NCBI RefSeq assembly: GCF_964204645.1
Contig: NC_134025.1
Location: forward strand, 2,418,001-2,482,000
DNA length: 64,000 bases
Direction of reading: 5' to 3'
Origin: Tubulanus polymorphus
Lineage: Eukaryota > Animalia > Nemertea
Shown here: positions 42,201 to 55,920 of the stretch, piece by piece
Layout of the letters: every line of letters begins with the position of its first letter
Numbering within the stretch: position 1 is the first letter of the stretch
Made by a program: the position numbers and the translations under genes
Notes under the pieces: generated by a model
What the model was told of the DNA's origin: nothing
Database searches by the model: none
Seen by the model: only the letters and a program-made list of their open reading frames with translations

Positions 42201-45200
42201 AGGTACCACCATCTTCCCTCAACAGATTTGATTTGAAGCTGATGGAATCCTTTTAGGAAAGGATGATTTGATCGAAAAACCTTTATATATTTATGTTTTG
42301 ATGGATGATAGACGTGTGATATTTCTATTAAAATTTAGCCGATGCCGTTCAGAAGATGCCGATTTTGATGGATGATAAATTCATTAAAACGATTCATGAT
42401 GAAATTACTGATTCGACGTTACAATGGAGCTGCCCTGGAGTACGCGCCGTTCTACAGTTCGCCTGGAGTTTAACACTTAGAGCTTTATCCAGACACGCTG
42501 TTGCGCAAGGTAAGTCCACGCCACAAAGTCACGCCGTCTGATGTGTTTCGTCGGTACCTCATTGCAGTAGAGAATGATATTAAGGTGTAATATTTGAATT
42601 AAATAGTTATTTTTGAATTTGAAGGAATCAGTGAATATTGCGAAGGTGACGAATATATCGCTGAAGCTGCAATAAGTGACGGTGTTTTCACTTTCATCGC
42701 TACGTCTATCGTGTCTAGCAGTGGGTTCCACTACGAGGTTTGTATCGATTCATTCTGGTTTTATTCGGTGAAAGTAGGACGACTGGTTGATAGAAAGATC
42801 GATAAATGTATTTCTACATTTCATTTTAGGAGTTCTACGTGAGAAAAATCCATCATCTATTGACAGAATTTCTTGTTCATATGCCATTAAAGGTCAGTTC
42901 AAATATCACAACCATCTGGTTCCACTGTTGCAGTCGTAACTATTCTATATTGTCAGTAAGATCAGCTATATAGATAGGTCTTACACTGACTGTGCAGTTA
43001 GACACTGATTTAAATAGTTTAGATTTATGAGTCGGTGATTCACGGTGTTGATTTTTAGGTGAAAGAACTTCGTAATCGCGGAGATGAAGTCGCCCGAATT
43101 ATAGCCGACCATATGAAGGAAGGTTTGATGCCGCCGTCAAATTTACCACGCGATTTTGAACATCTTTTAAACTTGGTATGTTTAAAAAACAAGTACCGGT
43201 TGAGATGGCATTCTTCATTCATATGCTGTATTTGAATGATTACATTTATCTCTAGATCGGAGAATTGTATAAAGAAGATCCGCTGAATTTAGAATTAGAA
43301 GAAGATTTCTGGTGTCCAGCGGAGATCGGTTTACCGGGAATGAGCGGAATTCATCGTCAATTTCGACCACCTCAAAGACAAGTACGTTTAATTCCATTCG
43401 TAGAAAGATCTTTTTATCGATGAATATTCGACAGAAATATTTTGATTATATTTTATTTCAGATAAGTCTGCACAAGTTCGTTAGATTGGCGGGTGATTTA
43501 CTACCGCCGTCGTTGTATATTCCTTACGTACAGATGTTAACCGGTCTCGCGTCAGGCAAACAGAGCGCTCATCACTGCTTTAACTTACTCAAAACTAACG
43601 GTATCAATTACGGTAAGTGTAAAAACATGTATTGAGTTCGAGGTTTGTAAAAAACACGTTTATTGTATGACGTTATATTTCAGGTGGTCAGGCGAGCACA
43701 ATATCGTGGGATCATTTCTTCCATTCATTCAGTCAGTATTACGCTAGTTTACGACAAGAAGCTCCGTTCACCGGTAATACATCAAATATCTACTGTAGCC
43801 CTCATCTGCGAGGTATAACACCTCTCGAATTAGAAGGATTGACTTCAGTTTTGAATTTGGTGCGGGTGATCGCTGACAAGGTAAGGTTCGGTTTCCCCCT
43901 GATTTCGAGCCGACGTATTTAACGCGTCATACGTTGTGATATATCTATAATGAATAGGATGAAACTGCGAGAATTTCTCTGTGTGAGAATCAGAATTGGA
44001 TGCCGATACAGCTATTCTTCGGTCTACTCAGCTGTAGCGTACCCGCGCCTCTGAAAGCGGAACTGTTGAAAACACTGGCTGCGTTCGCTAAAACACCGGA
44101 GATCGCGATTCAAATTTGGCAATCATTGGAAGTTTCTCAGGTGAGTTGATTTCACAGATTTTTCCGTAGATTTCGTGAATATTTTTGAAGTATTTGTCTA
44201 TATTGTTTATCGGTGTATTCAGATAGTGCCGACGATGGGAAAGAGACCGGGACAACAAGAAATCGGGATTCACGTCGAATTAGACGAAGTCGAATCGAGA
44301 AATGAAGAGTTTCCGATGATTCGAGCGTTCCTCGATTTCATATCTACGTTGATCGAGATACCGATACCTGCCGGACTCGGGGGTGGCTACAGGACCGCCG
44401 GGTTTCAACCGTTCTTCAACTTCATCAAAGACAGTATCTTCCTCAAGTTTCAGACACGCGCTTACAAAGACCCTGGAGAAAAAGTAAGTTTGACTTTTAC
44501 TTCTTCTCGAGATATATTGATAATGCTTCCTAATCTGATCTCCGTTTCTGCATGTTTGTCCGTAGTGGTTGATCGCTGCAAAATGTTTAGAAATATTCCA
44601 CAAGTTGCTGACGCAATATGAAATATTACCGGAAAACTTCACCGAACAAACGACTGATGTTCAAGCACCGATGACTACAAATAAATCGGCCGGACATTAT
44701 CTCATTATTCATTTACTTAATGACAGTCCGCTATTCAAAATGGTGAGGATGTTCTTTCTTTAATCGACTCATTGTAAACTCTCGAAAAAACTCATATTTA
44801 AGAAATTACTTGAAATTTCTTGAAACTCCTCGTTTAACAATAGTAACATATAAGTTAGTCAGGGTCCCTACAACTCCTTGAATCCGTGAAAACTCCTTGA
44901 TTTTTGAATATATTTTTCAAGGTCCTTGAAAATCCTTTAATTTTGAGAAATATCCATAAACTCCTTGAAACTCCTTAAATTCTGGGAAATTCCTATTAAA
45001 AATTTTCAAAAGGTCCTTTTCAGAAGACAGTGTATTTATTCTATTATTCTTCATTGTGTGACTTGTGAGTGAAAGTTGTTTCACTTTGAGATTTAAAACA
45101 TTTAAACATGTAAAACCAAAACGGCACACACAACAACTGATCAAAATTTGGGAAAAACATGGATTTTGTTTTTGAATTTTCGACTTTTTTTCCTTATATA

Positions 45201-48200
45201 TGGCCGCGAAAACCTCCTTGAATTTTGAAAATTACTCCTTGAAAATTCCTTGAAAAGTCCTTGAATTCTGGATACCAGGAATTGTGGGAACCTTGTTAGT
45301 TTTGTATGGTTGTTTGTGATATTGTAGGTTATGTATGTGGTTGATGAAGCTATAAACATGCTTCACAGTTATAACTACGCGTCGTACGAAGGCAGAATCA
45401 GTTTAGAGAAATCATCGCTGTACTGTTTACAGATGATACAGATTGTATTAGAACAGCAGGATCAGTTCCTAGACGCGTTACGCGAGAGCGGAGCTTCCAT
45501 TTTAGCGACGACGTTAGATCGTTTACTGCTGGGAATCAATCCGAGAAGCGGAAAACCCGATCATCTCGTAGACGTGGCGCGGTAAGAATCCGATCCGAGG
45601 AAACTCGTCGATTTACCGGTACTTGAAATTAATCTGACTCGAAAACTATACATTTCAGGTATATAATACATAACAGCGTACATCCTGAGCACGCTTTATC
45701 AGCCGTTAAAATACTGATATTAGTTTGTCAATCGTCACAAGTACAACAAGAACTAGTTGGTTTAATAACTGCTAATCGCGTTAGTATTGTTCATTCTTCA
45801 CTGGCTGTTTATTACTGCAGCGATTCATATGATTTATTAATTCAGTGTTTCATTATCTTCTAAAGGATTTATCCGAAGAATTATTGCATGGATTCGTTGA
45901 ATGTCTCGAGGCCGATGATCCGGAAATATTGAATGAAGTAATCGATTATGACTCGCCCCAAGGTAAAGAATAGTTGATTTTTACGCCGTTTGAATCGAGT
46001 TTTGATTTTCTCGATGTGTGTTTATACGATTTACTAATTTACAGACTCATCCGGTCAAAGTTTGAGGAGTGAAATTCGTCAGGGAATCGCTAAGTTATTG
46101 CTGCAGAGTGTTGGCATGCCGTCTCCTAATATCGGTCATTATCTACTGGGATTCAACCTCAGGCAGGCGGTATCGAAAACTAACCTGCAAGATCCAGGTT
46201 TGTAGAAATCTCTTCGAACGACGAGAGAGAAGAGACCTTGTATCAGTTGTTTTCAAACTCGTGTATTTTTTCAGGTGTTCTCGGTTCTCCGCGCACTTGT
46301 TTACACTCGATATTGAGTATTCTAGACAACGGAGTCGGGACTAGTTCCGGTCCGAGGTGTTTATTAGATATGCCTCGAATGGCTGAATTATCGTATCACT
46401 TGATATACGTTTTATGCGCTAATAAAGAGACGGCCACGCCGACGATGAGATATCTACGCACTACCGAGGATTTCTTTTATAAACACGCCCAGCATTTACC
46501 ATTCACACGGGAATCGGGTACGGATCAAATGAAGTTGAAAAATCAGCTGACTCTTGTTATCCAGAATATGTGATCATTCTTTGTTAATCTTAGATTTTCA
46601 TGATTTTAATGGATGTTTGAATGTAATTTGTTGTAGTTGAACCGTGGCAAGAGAATCTGTTATTGAATCAACAATCGTGGCTGTTAAAATCGATAGCGAT
46701 CGAATTACGTTTGACGTCGTTAAACAGACAGCGTTCGCACACTCAGAGATTAATGGTTTTACTGTTAGATGATAATCTATCGTCATTAGTATTTTCTGGT
46801 CGGTACCGAACGCGGTTTTCATCTTTTCATTCGATTTCGAACGTGATCGAAATCTTTTAACGTCGTTTCCCTTTTTTAGATATCGGAGACGAAGATCATT
46901 CAACGCCTTCGATCAGTTCATCATTTTCACAACCTATTCTTAATCTTCAGTTTGGTGCAGGTAAATCCCGTACTTCTTAACATGCAGCCCTGAAACCACC
47001 CAACCCCCTTTTATTTTGAAAGTATCCTGATCATGGTTCCCACAGAACAGGGAAATTGGGAAAAACTTGGGATTGTGAGATAATTATTCCCGGTTTGGAA
47101 ATATTTGGGAATTTAAAAGATTGTTCTCAAATCAGGGAAATATTTGGGAAATTCATTACATTTCACATATTGCATTTGCCAAGGGCAACTTTTCTCGGCG
47201 ATTTCTCTTGAAAATTACCTTAATCAGCCAGTCACCGCTAAAATGTTGACTGTAGCATGACGATATGGGTTCATTTGCATTTGGGAAAATTGAAAAATCA
47301 CCCATCAAATACTTGGGAAAAAATTGGGAATTTTGAATTCATTTAACTGTGGGATCCATGCCTGATATAATTTCCAGTGTTCATATTAAATTTTCAATTA
47401 AAAATGCCTCGATGGAAGTTTTGAGCACTTTGGAATTCTACAAAATATGAAACTAATGAATTTCGTTTTGCGTATTACAGGTTCTGCACAAACGCGACGT
47501 AAAATCAAATGTCTGTTGAGTTCGATTGGTTTATCTAAATCATACCCATATCCGGACTTACCGTTATTAGAACTGTTCGATCCGATAATGATAGAACAAG
47601 TGATAGCGTCGTGTACTCAGCAGTACGACGACGGCGGAAACTACTGTAACGTGAAAACATTAGATTCTCTTCTGATCAGAGAACTCGATGATATCCAATT
47701 CTCGAATACAGTTCATCGAACATCAATTGTCGAGGTTTGTGAGTTCGTATCGTATTTTCAGGGTCCCCACGACTCCTTGATTCCTTAAAAACTCCTTCTA
47801 AACGGAAAGTTCTTTATTTTGAGCAAAATGCTCAAAACTGCTTCAGTTTTAAGAAATAGACATTTAGAAATGTTTGTAGTTGTACAGTTGTTAACTACCC
47901 CTAAATCAGTACAGTTGGTTTAGATGACTGAATTAGAAACCCAGTTTAGGTACAAGTGTAAAGGATAAAAATTTGCTTACAAAACCAGTGTATTAATGGT
48001 TTACTGAGATTTAATTAATGAATGAATGAATTTAATTAATTAATGGTTTACTGAAACAGTACTGATTTATGACGAGTCTACTGAATTTTCGATATGAAAG
48101 TGATGCAGATGCTTCCTCAAAATTTGAAATTTCTCCTTTAATAAAACTCCTTATATCCAGGAATGACCGATCAGTAGGGACCCTGTAATTAGTGACCGTC

Positions 48201-51200
48201 GCTAAATAATTTTTTTGAACGATTTTCAGGAGATACAGAATATCCTCGGGACGGTCGTGAAACGCAACGGCATGAAAAAAACTCTGCAAGCTCGCAAAAA
48301 TACGTTCGAAGCGTGGAGTCAGGTCGTAGAAATTATACTTACCGCCTGCCCTCAGGATTTACTCGAAGGCGAAGCTCGACAAAGCGTTTTATTCGAACTA
48401 TTACAAGACTTACTGATGGAGGTAAATATCTAAAATCAGAAAATCATCTTCGCAATTTCGCAGTAATGAATTTTTAACTCGTGTTTCATTTCAGATATCT
48501 GATGAGAACGCTTTACCAGAATTAACAGCTCCTACTGCGGGTGTTATATTGACTCTGATGGCAAATCTTCGTCAGTGTTTTCTTACATCACAGGACGTCA
48601 CCGGTGCGGGAACAAATACGGCTAATAAAAATCGACTGGTAGGACAGAAAAAGGGTTCGCGAACTCTGTTCTCATCCTCCCTGCAAGTCGTTCTTAAAGG
48701 CCTTATCGAATACATTCTTAAAACGAGTAAGATTTATTTTAACTTTTTTCGCTGTGGTATTAAACGATGAGAAATGAAATGACCACTGATATACTGCGTA
48801 TTTAAACAGGTGCGAGTCAACAGCGAGTACGAGCTAACTTATACGGTGCACTGCTATATTGTCTTCAAATCGCACAATCACCCGAAGAGGTTCCATCTTT
48901 GACTATGGGTAAAAATCTTCATTTCATTCGCGACGAATTATTAAAATGAATTTTTCGAGTATAAGACTCGCGTTGATTTTGGAATTTTTAGCGTCTTCTA
49001 CCGAGACCTCGGGCGTGGAAAAAATTCTGACCGTCGAACAAGACGAGAAAGAGTGCGAGAAATTAGCACGTGAAAACCTGGCTACTATTCGTACATACGG
49101 AACAAGCTTCATGGATGTACTGTGCAGAGATACATGCGATGGACATGAAGTTATCAGGGTTCGTTCATTATCGATACTCATAGAATGCTATTTAAAGAAG
49201 ATTGCTGCCGATATACGGTTGATGTTGTTATTCTATTTTGTACAGATATTAGCCATGTCAAGTTTAGATGCGATAATTCAAATGGATAAATCGCTGAATT
49301 GGTTAATGTTCCTTCAAAGTAAAGGTTACCTTCAACATTTGGTCGATAGTTTGTCTATGGACGACGAGTTATTGCAGCGAATGCTCAAACCGAATCCGGA
49401 ACCACTCAGAGCGCTTTACATGTATGAATCGAAGATGGTAAGTGTTGGTTTGATGAGAGACCAATGATCGATGACTTAAACCGCTTGGTCACTGGATGTC
49501 TGCACCTATTTCATATTTCTCTTAACAACTGTATCTAAAAACTAATTCGACTCAATTTACTTCGATTATTCATATGTTCCAGTGTCTGCTAACTAAGATT
49601 GCGATGACAGCAACTGGTGCTCAGTCTGTTTTACGTTGCGGTATAATAAAACAACTAGAACAGTGTACTTCATTAGATATGAGGCCGGATATTCTCAGGT
49701 TTGTGTCAAACACGCATGAAATGAATTCATTGTCAGTTGTATGGAATATTGATAAGTATATTTGTAAATATGCTGTGCTGTTGAATTTAGGGTGCCTTCC
49801 TCGAGTGGATCAACAACTGAGTTTGAAGGCTTCATGCCTTCGGTGTTGATAAGATATCACAAAATATTCCATCCAACTTTGAAGTTGTGTTTAGGTATCA
49901 TGACATCACTGGGTATTGAAAACCGAGATGCCGCTAATCAAGTAAGTGAAAGTCTTTCGATACTTGACTGTCTCGGATCATGTGCTTGGATCGTATTGTG
50001 AACTTATTGATTTATATTTGTAGGTGATGCAGTTTATTTGTGCACATTCCGATGTATTTTGCGCTGTATTGAGAAATCGTAGTAGTCGACCTAATTTACA
50101 GATGTTACAAGAACTTGCATTAGTTACCGCTGTAGTCAGTAGAGCTGTTGCATTCGGTAAGTTATTCCATGCATAAGTGGCCCTCTAAAATGTCAGCAAG
50201 TTTATACTGAAAACCCTAACCTTAATATACTGAAGGAAAAGTGGCAAATTTTTCATGAATTGCCTGTAATGAATTTCATTATTATTTTTTTGTTTCAGGG
50301 GATCATGAATATTTCTCGGAAGATGTCTCTTTGAAAATCCAAATCAGCCGAATACAGCATTTAGTTATATCGCTTATGCCGAAGTATTGTATGATGGGTA
50401 ATTTACTGCAGCAGGTTGAGACCGGTGGAGAACAGGACGGACCGATGAGAGTAGCTATATTAGAAATAGCCTGTAATCTCGTATCATTCTGTAGAGCAAT
50501 CGTTTCTCAATCAGGTATCTAATACTTCACTCAGTTTTAAAGGGTGGCCATTCACCGGGAAAAGTCGGGGATTGTTTTATGTATTTGACTGTGTTAACTG
50601 ATTGTAATCATAGCAGATCGAGTCAGGGAAAACAATGTTAATGTCAGGGAATACTCGGGGAAAAATCAAGGCGAATAAAAGTGGCCACCCTGTTGTATCA
50701 TCTAAAAGACACTTCTTAATTTCCTCATTAAAAATGTTTTAATTCTCTCCTCGTTGTAGCCACGTCTGCCCAGTTTAGTAAGATATTGTTCGCACCCTCA
50801 TTGAACGAGGCCTTCGCTAATGAACTATCAACATTCGAAGGTAAGATAAACACCGTACTGATGATGGCTATTAGTACATACGCACATGATTCTAGGAAAA
50901 TTGCCCCCCCCCCCCCCCCTCGAATAAAATCCTTTTTAATTGGGTTTTGCACCACCTAAATACTTTACTTCACGAATTTCATTTGTATATTATTGAATAT
51001 AGATGTAGATTTATAAGATATAGAATTACTGATGTTGTGTGCAGATCAAAAACTATAAGTCAGTCCTTGAGTTATAATAATTCACTTACCAAATTAAAGG
51101 AAACTTAATAAGTCCACTTATTAGTGCATTATTTAACGTTGGCTAATTTATTGCAATTAGTTTTAGTGTTACTTTAGCCAATCAAAAACTTAAAATCAGT

Positions 51201-52561
51201 AATGAGTTATTAACTGCACGAATTAGCTAGAGTTAGTTCGCTTTGTCTAATTAATTAGAAGTACATAAAAAGTTAACATATTGTATTTCAGAAATGGATG
51301 CGGCGATCAGTTCAGTTTATCATCCGCCTAATCTAGGAGTCGTCGTTCATTATTTAAAACAGAGCACGGATCAGTTTTTCATCGTTCTCGATCGATACAA
51401 ACAAACGTTACATAAATTAAACAGCATCGCTGATTTAACTAACGATGAACTGAAAGAGGTATATTATATTAATCGTATGAATCAATGTCTTTGCGAATCA
51501 TTTGAAATTAACCAACCCGCTTTTCAGCTCATCGGTATGAACTCTCTGTGAACCGTAAATAATGTTTCTTTCTTTAAATGTTGCTGCTCTTTGTTTTGTA
51601 GTTAACTGGTAACGTTGGATCGGAGAAAGTATTGACTCAACATCGTCAGCAATTGGCGCACAAACGACTACAGCAGATTCTCACTCACAAAGTCAAAGAA
51701 AGTCAACTGTGTGCATGTATCCTTTATTCATATAGACCTTGTTCCATTTCCACTATGGAATCAGCTCCTGAGAATTATTTATGAACTTAATGTCGCGTAA
51801 ATCTCTTGTAATTTCCTCACAATGAGTTGTGAAAACCTTAATCAGTTCCTTGAACAGATTTAGTGGAAAATTGTCTGTTTATTTTATGGCGTCATTTGGA
51901 TTATTATTTCATTCATTGTCGACCGTCCGATCAGGGTATGACCCTATTCGAAGGCCAGCTTCAAAATCAGTCGCGGATTAGGAAACTACAAGGTATGTCT
52001 GAATGCAGCTGCTGCTGTATTTCACTTTATGATTCTTATTATCATTGTTTATTTGTGTCTATTTCAAAGATACGACAGAAACGAGGCTCAGTATCCATAA
52101 AGAAAAACAAGGTATCGATGTGCCGGTGACGAAAGATGAATTGAATGCTCTAAAACAAGCGGCTGTATCGTGTATTAATGATTCCATCTTTAAGAAACTT
52201 CAGGAAATAGAACAGGTTTGTTTTCATGATTAGATTGTATTCATCAGATTGTTTTTATCATCAAGTGGAGTTGTAAAGGAGCTGTGTTAAATCAATAAAC
52301 CTGTACTTTGTGGTCCAAATGGTTTTATCGAAATAAAAAGCTTTCTCTCGTAGTGCACTAGTAGCCTACGCTCGTATTTTTAATACAGTCAGTTTAACAT
52401 ACTAAAGTCTTCATGTTCACTGATTTGTTATCAAGTAGATAATATAATATCAATTCTATATCCAATTTCAGGTTTACACGAAACACCACACGCGATTTGG
52501 TTTCACAGAGGCGTTGATTCGAAGATTGAAAAGATTACTCAAATTACACACTTCAACATGA
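39246..52561 (+). CDS. NUP205: Nuclear pore complex protein Nup205
   Basis: LKKHKVDF, FSDLFDLNEYAAVELLIAGENQQQYFPGLTRGLVAVLLYYDGK, VKELRNRGDE, ELDEVESRNEEFP, LCRDTCDGHE, ENCLFILWRHLDYY and a FTEALIRRLKRLL C-terminus. About 40 exons; the first exon is inferred from splice phase. Confidence 0.96.
39460..39708. repeat. Long inverted repeat (~110-bp arms) in NUP205 intron 1
   Basis: ttataatcggatgggcttataccata..tgtggtttgtgaaaatat is mirrored by atattttcacaaaccaca..tatggtataagcccatccgattataa. Confidence 0.9.
40564..40851. mobile_element. piggyBac-type MITE
   Basis: TTAA-ccctttcagtgc ... gcactgaaaggg-TTAA. Confidence 0.9.
40995..41132. repeat. 26-bp inverted repeat, probable MITE
   Basis: atgaggagagaatcccacaatgataa ... 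ttatcattgtgggattctctcctcat. Confidence 0.7.
44860..45295. mobile_element. MITE, copy 2 (near-identical to 24567-24983)
   Basis: Same termini and interior; TSD ttagt. Confidence 0.9.
47032..47360. mobile_element. MITE with CATGG termini
   Basis: catggttcccacag ... ctgtgggatccatg, flanked by cctgat on both sides. Confidence 0.75.
47759..48185. mobile_element. CAGGGT-type MITE
   Basis: cagggtcccc ... gggaccctg with ctcctt subterminal motifs; TSD unclear. Confidence 0.65.
50540..50692. mobile_element. Short CAGGGT-type MITE
   Basis: agggtggcca ... tggccaccctg; homologous to the right part of 25015-25439. Confidence 0.65.
51717..51857 (+). other. U12-type (minor spliceosome) GT-AG intron in NUP205
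   Basis: 5' site GTATCCTTT, branch-like ACCTTAAT ~15 nt before CAG; splicing restores LCAYLVENCLF. Confidence 0.88.
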
Positions 52562-53281
52562 ATTCGTGCCACTCATTCATTCACTATTTGCATTTTCTGT
52601 GTATATTTGTAACCTCTTGATATCAGATCGATTCTTCGTAAAATACAAACTTTTTTGTCACGTATATTTTGTCATCTATAATTTGTTTATTCGGATATAT
52701 GGTTTCCGTGAAATGAATTTGAACTTGAACTTATGGACGTACGGTAGGCGAACAATACGTGTGACGTCACTCAGGCAGGTGCGTGAGGGTTTTCACAGAT
52801 CTCTCGAGCATCGAAAAATAGCAAACGGTCACCCTGATTAATGAATTACACCGATTAGCTAAAAAGCTTCTCATTAGCAAAATGACATCCGCTCGTTTGT
52901 GTGAATAATTCACAATAAAGATAATATCTGATATCAATGAATGCGGGCAAATAATCGAGAAATAAATCATATCGATGTGGTTTCATTTGGAATATCTAAA
53001 TTTTGAGATTCACTGGACCGGGAGGTGGGAGAGAACTGATCCTCGCTAACAAAATTATTAATGATGATAACAATTTTATTCTGACACGTATCAATATCTG
53101 TACACAATATTAGAGGTAATAAGTAACATATATATAATATCGGGGACAACTTCATTACCGAATTCAAATACGATTCACATATATACGACCCCGTAATCGA
53201 TTAGGACCTGGTGATTTACATGCTGTTATCAGCGCTCACAAACAGTTTGAATTTTGCTCCTAATTGAACTCTGAAAGCAGA

Positions 53282-55480
53282 TCAAACTCGAGTCTGAGGT
53301 GTGTCGATGTCATTAATATTGATTCGAAAAATCATTCCTAGCTTTTTAGTTTTAGATCGTTCGATACTTTTAGCTCGCAATTCATGCGTCTCTGATTTCT
53401 TCGAGTTGTTTTTGGAATAGTTGTAATAAATACTGAAATTGTTTCCCAATATAGGTATGATCATTCCAGTAAGTAGCAGTCCAGATAAAGCGCAAAGACC
53501 ACCGACTATATATCCAAACGGAGTTAATGGATAATAATCCCCAAAACCAACGGTTGTCATTGTAACTATAGCCCACCAATAAGCGCTTATGATATTGGGA
53601 AAGGAATCTTTTTGAATTTCAACTTCAAAAGCAAGAAGCGCAAATATCATCGTCCCGAGAAAAAATAGAATAACCAAAGTGAATAGTTCTTTTAGGTTTT
53701 TCCTGACCAGGACGATAAGTACTCGTAACCCTCCAAACACTGCCGCTAAACGATTCAATTTCAATATTCTTAGCATCATAAACATTTGAACTACAATGAT
53801 GTATTTTGGATACATGTAATAGTCATTTATCAGCGTAGTCCATTGGAGTGCAAAGAAAATCCAAGATGGTACTATCGTGACGAAGTCTAACCAGTTATTA
53901 AATGATTTCATAAACTCACATTTATCCGGAATTGTGATAAAGCGCATTACGAATTCTAACGTCAATACAATATTCAAAGTCATATCCAGAATCAAAAGCC
54001 ATCGTGAAATTTGTGTTTCAGCGTAGAAATATTTCCATTTGGCGCTGTTGTTCATATTATATTCATCGGCGAGCACTGATACGTTCAAGGGTAACGGGAT
54101 TCGACCCCACACAGAAAATGATATGGAAATGTTTATTACAGACATTGTAGCCACCAGTGATACAATAATAGCCCACACCTGAAATATATAGAGTGATTAA
54201 CTAACAGTTTCAATAAGACAAGCCACGTTCACGCTATGTTATTTAAGAACGTTCTAGATTTAGTCCGTTCCATTTTAGCACGGAACAATTCAGACAGCCA
54301 AAATTACCGAATTACAGGTAGGCTACATTCTTAGATTTAGAACGGACCATTTCTCTGTGTGAATAGAAACTTTCCTGTTTATGACAGTGTTGCGTCCAGC
54401 TGGACCAGTCATAACAGCGGATTTATCAAAAACATGTGAGTCCCACACATCATCGATTTGGTTCGTTCTATTGGTCCGTTCTAAGGTATGGGCCAAATTA
54501 GAACGGACTTTCTAGCGATAGTGTGAACGGGGCTGTAGGAACCAAATATCGACGATGTACGTAGTTAGATCACCTTTGAGAATGTCGAATATCCAGGATA
54601 TTCCAGATGAAGCCAAACTCGAGCCATATTCCCACAAATCTCTGATCTTTTATAAGCTTTCCTCAAAATCGACTCATAATCCACGTAATACGTTCGATCT
54701 AGTTCATTCAATGTTTCTTGTTGTCCGGTTTTTTCTCCTACCCAATACAGACAACAAGGAGCCATGTAATCTCTGCTGATTTTCCAGAATTTCAATTCTT
54801 GCTCCAACAAATCGACGCAGATAGATTGAGGAACGTGCATCTGACCGTCGCGATAACAGCCGAGAATCGCGTTAAATAACGTCGGATCGCGATCGAAATA
54901 TAAACTCACACATCGACAATTATCAGGAATTTCTAACTTAGAGAATATTTTTCCAAGGCGTGAAGTTCGAATCTTTAAAAGTGTTTTACGTAACGTTGTG
55001 AATATACGACCTCCAATATTGAGTCTGACCTATAGTTTAGTGACAATCATTTAGAAAATTATCAAAATGGCATTAAACACAGGGAAATGTTATACAATAA
55101 TTTGTACAGTCAAAGTTCGTTATAACGCTGTCATCCCACTGTTCACTTACCGCCGACATCGGTCAGAAAACAAATTTGTTTTCCCACAATTTGCTCAATC
55201 TAACTCAAATTCAATGAAAATACCTTTCTTTATAAAGACAAAATCGTCATAATGCGATATTTTTCGTTGGTCCCATCTATGGCATTATAACGGACTTGGA
55301 CTGTACACACTACTTCATGGAAATCACACGTTTCGACTTGGTGAATATTTTTGTTAATTTCGATTGAAAAAATGATTCATAATCAATGGAAAATATTGTA
55401 ATCACCTTGATACTGTTAAGCTCTGTGGTATTGTATAGACTATTTCCTGACTCGGTGACTATTTGCATGCTTGTCGCCAT
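53282..55480 (-). CDS. Divergent Shaw/Kv3-like voltage-gated K+ channel subunit, copy A
   Basis: T1 domain (VRLNIGG, YFDRDPTLFNAIL, HVPQSIC), six TM segments, pore YWWAIVTMTTVGFGDYYP; three coding exons. Confidence 0.88.
54221..54534. mobile_element. MITE in an intron of Kv copy A (absent from copy B)
   Basis: agccacgttcacgctat ... atagtgtgaacggggct; the paralogous intron (56810-56890) lacks it. Confidence 0.75.
55107..55303. mobile_element. Tc1/mariner-pogo-type MITE
   Basis: TA-cagtcaaagttcgttataa ... ttataacggacttggactg-TA. Confidence 0.75.
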
Positions 55481-55920
55481 TATTTGTTCATTTTCCACTG
55501 AACCCTCTCAACTAAAATGGGGAATATGCATCTAGGACATACTGTAACAGATGCCAACAGTAACGAAACGTATTTCACAAAATTATAATATTCATGTATT
55601 CAACTATCGAAAAATGAATAACCATGATGCATAAGTGATGATGGTACACAGAATTATTGTTTCAATCACTCAAAATCATTAGATATTTCATCAAAACGCG
55701 GATTGGACGTGTCCATCGAAGCGGGAGAATACTCGATTAGCTATTTTTAATCGTTTGTTTTAGCATTGGGATTCCAAATGGCATATGGAACAAGCATTTA
55801 AAATCATATGATAGATTAAAAATTGATTCATTCAATTCCAATTCGAAGTATTCGTCGCATAAACCGTATATCAGATACAACCATACATAGGTATACGAAA
55901 ATCATGGCTTTGCGTCTGGC

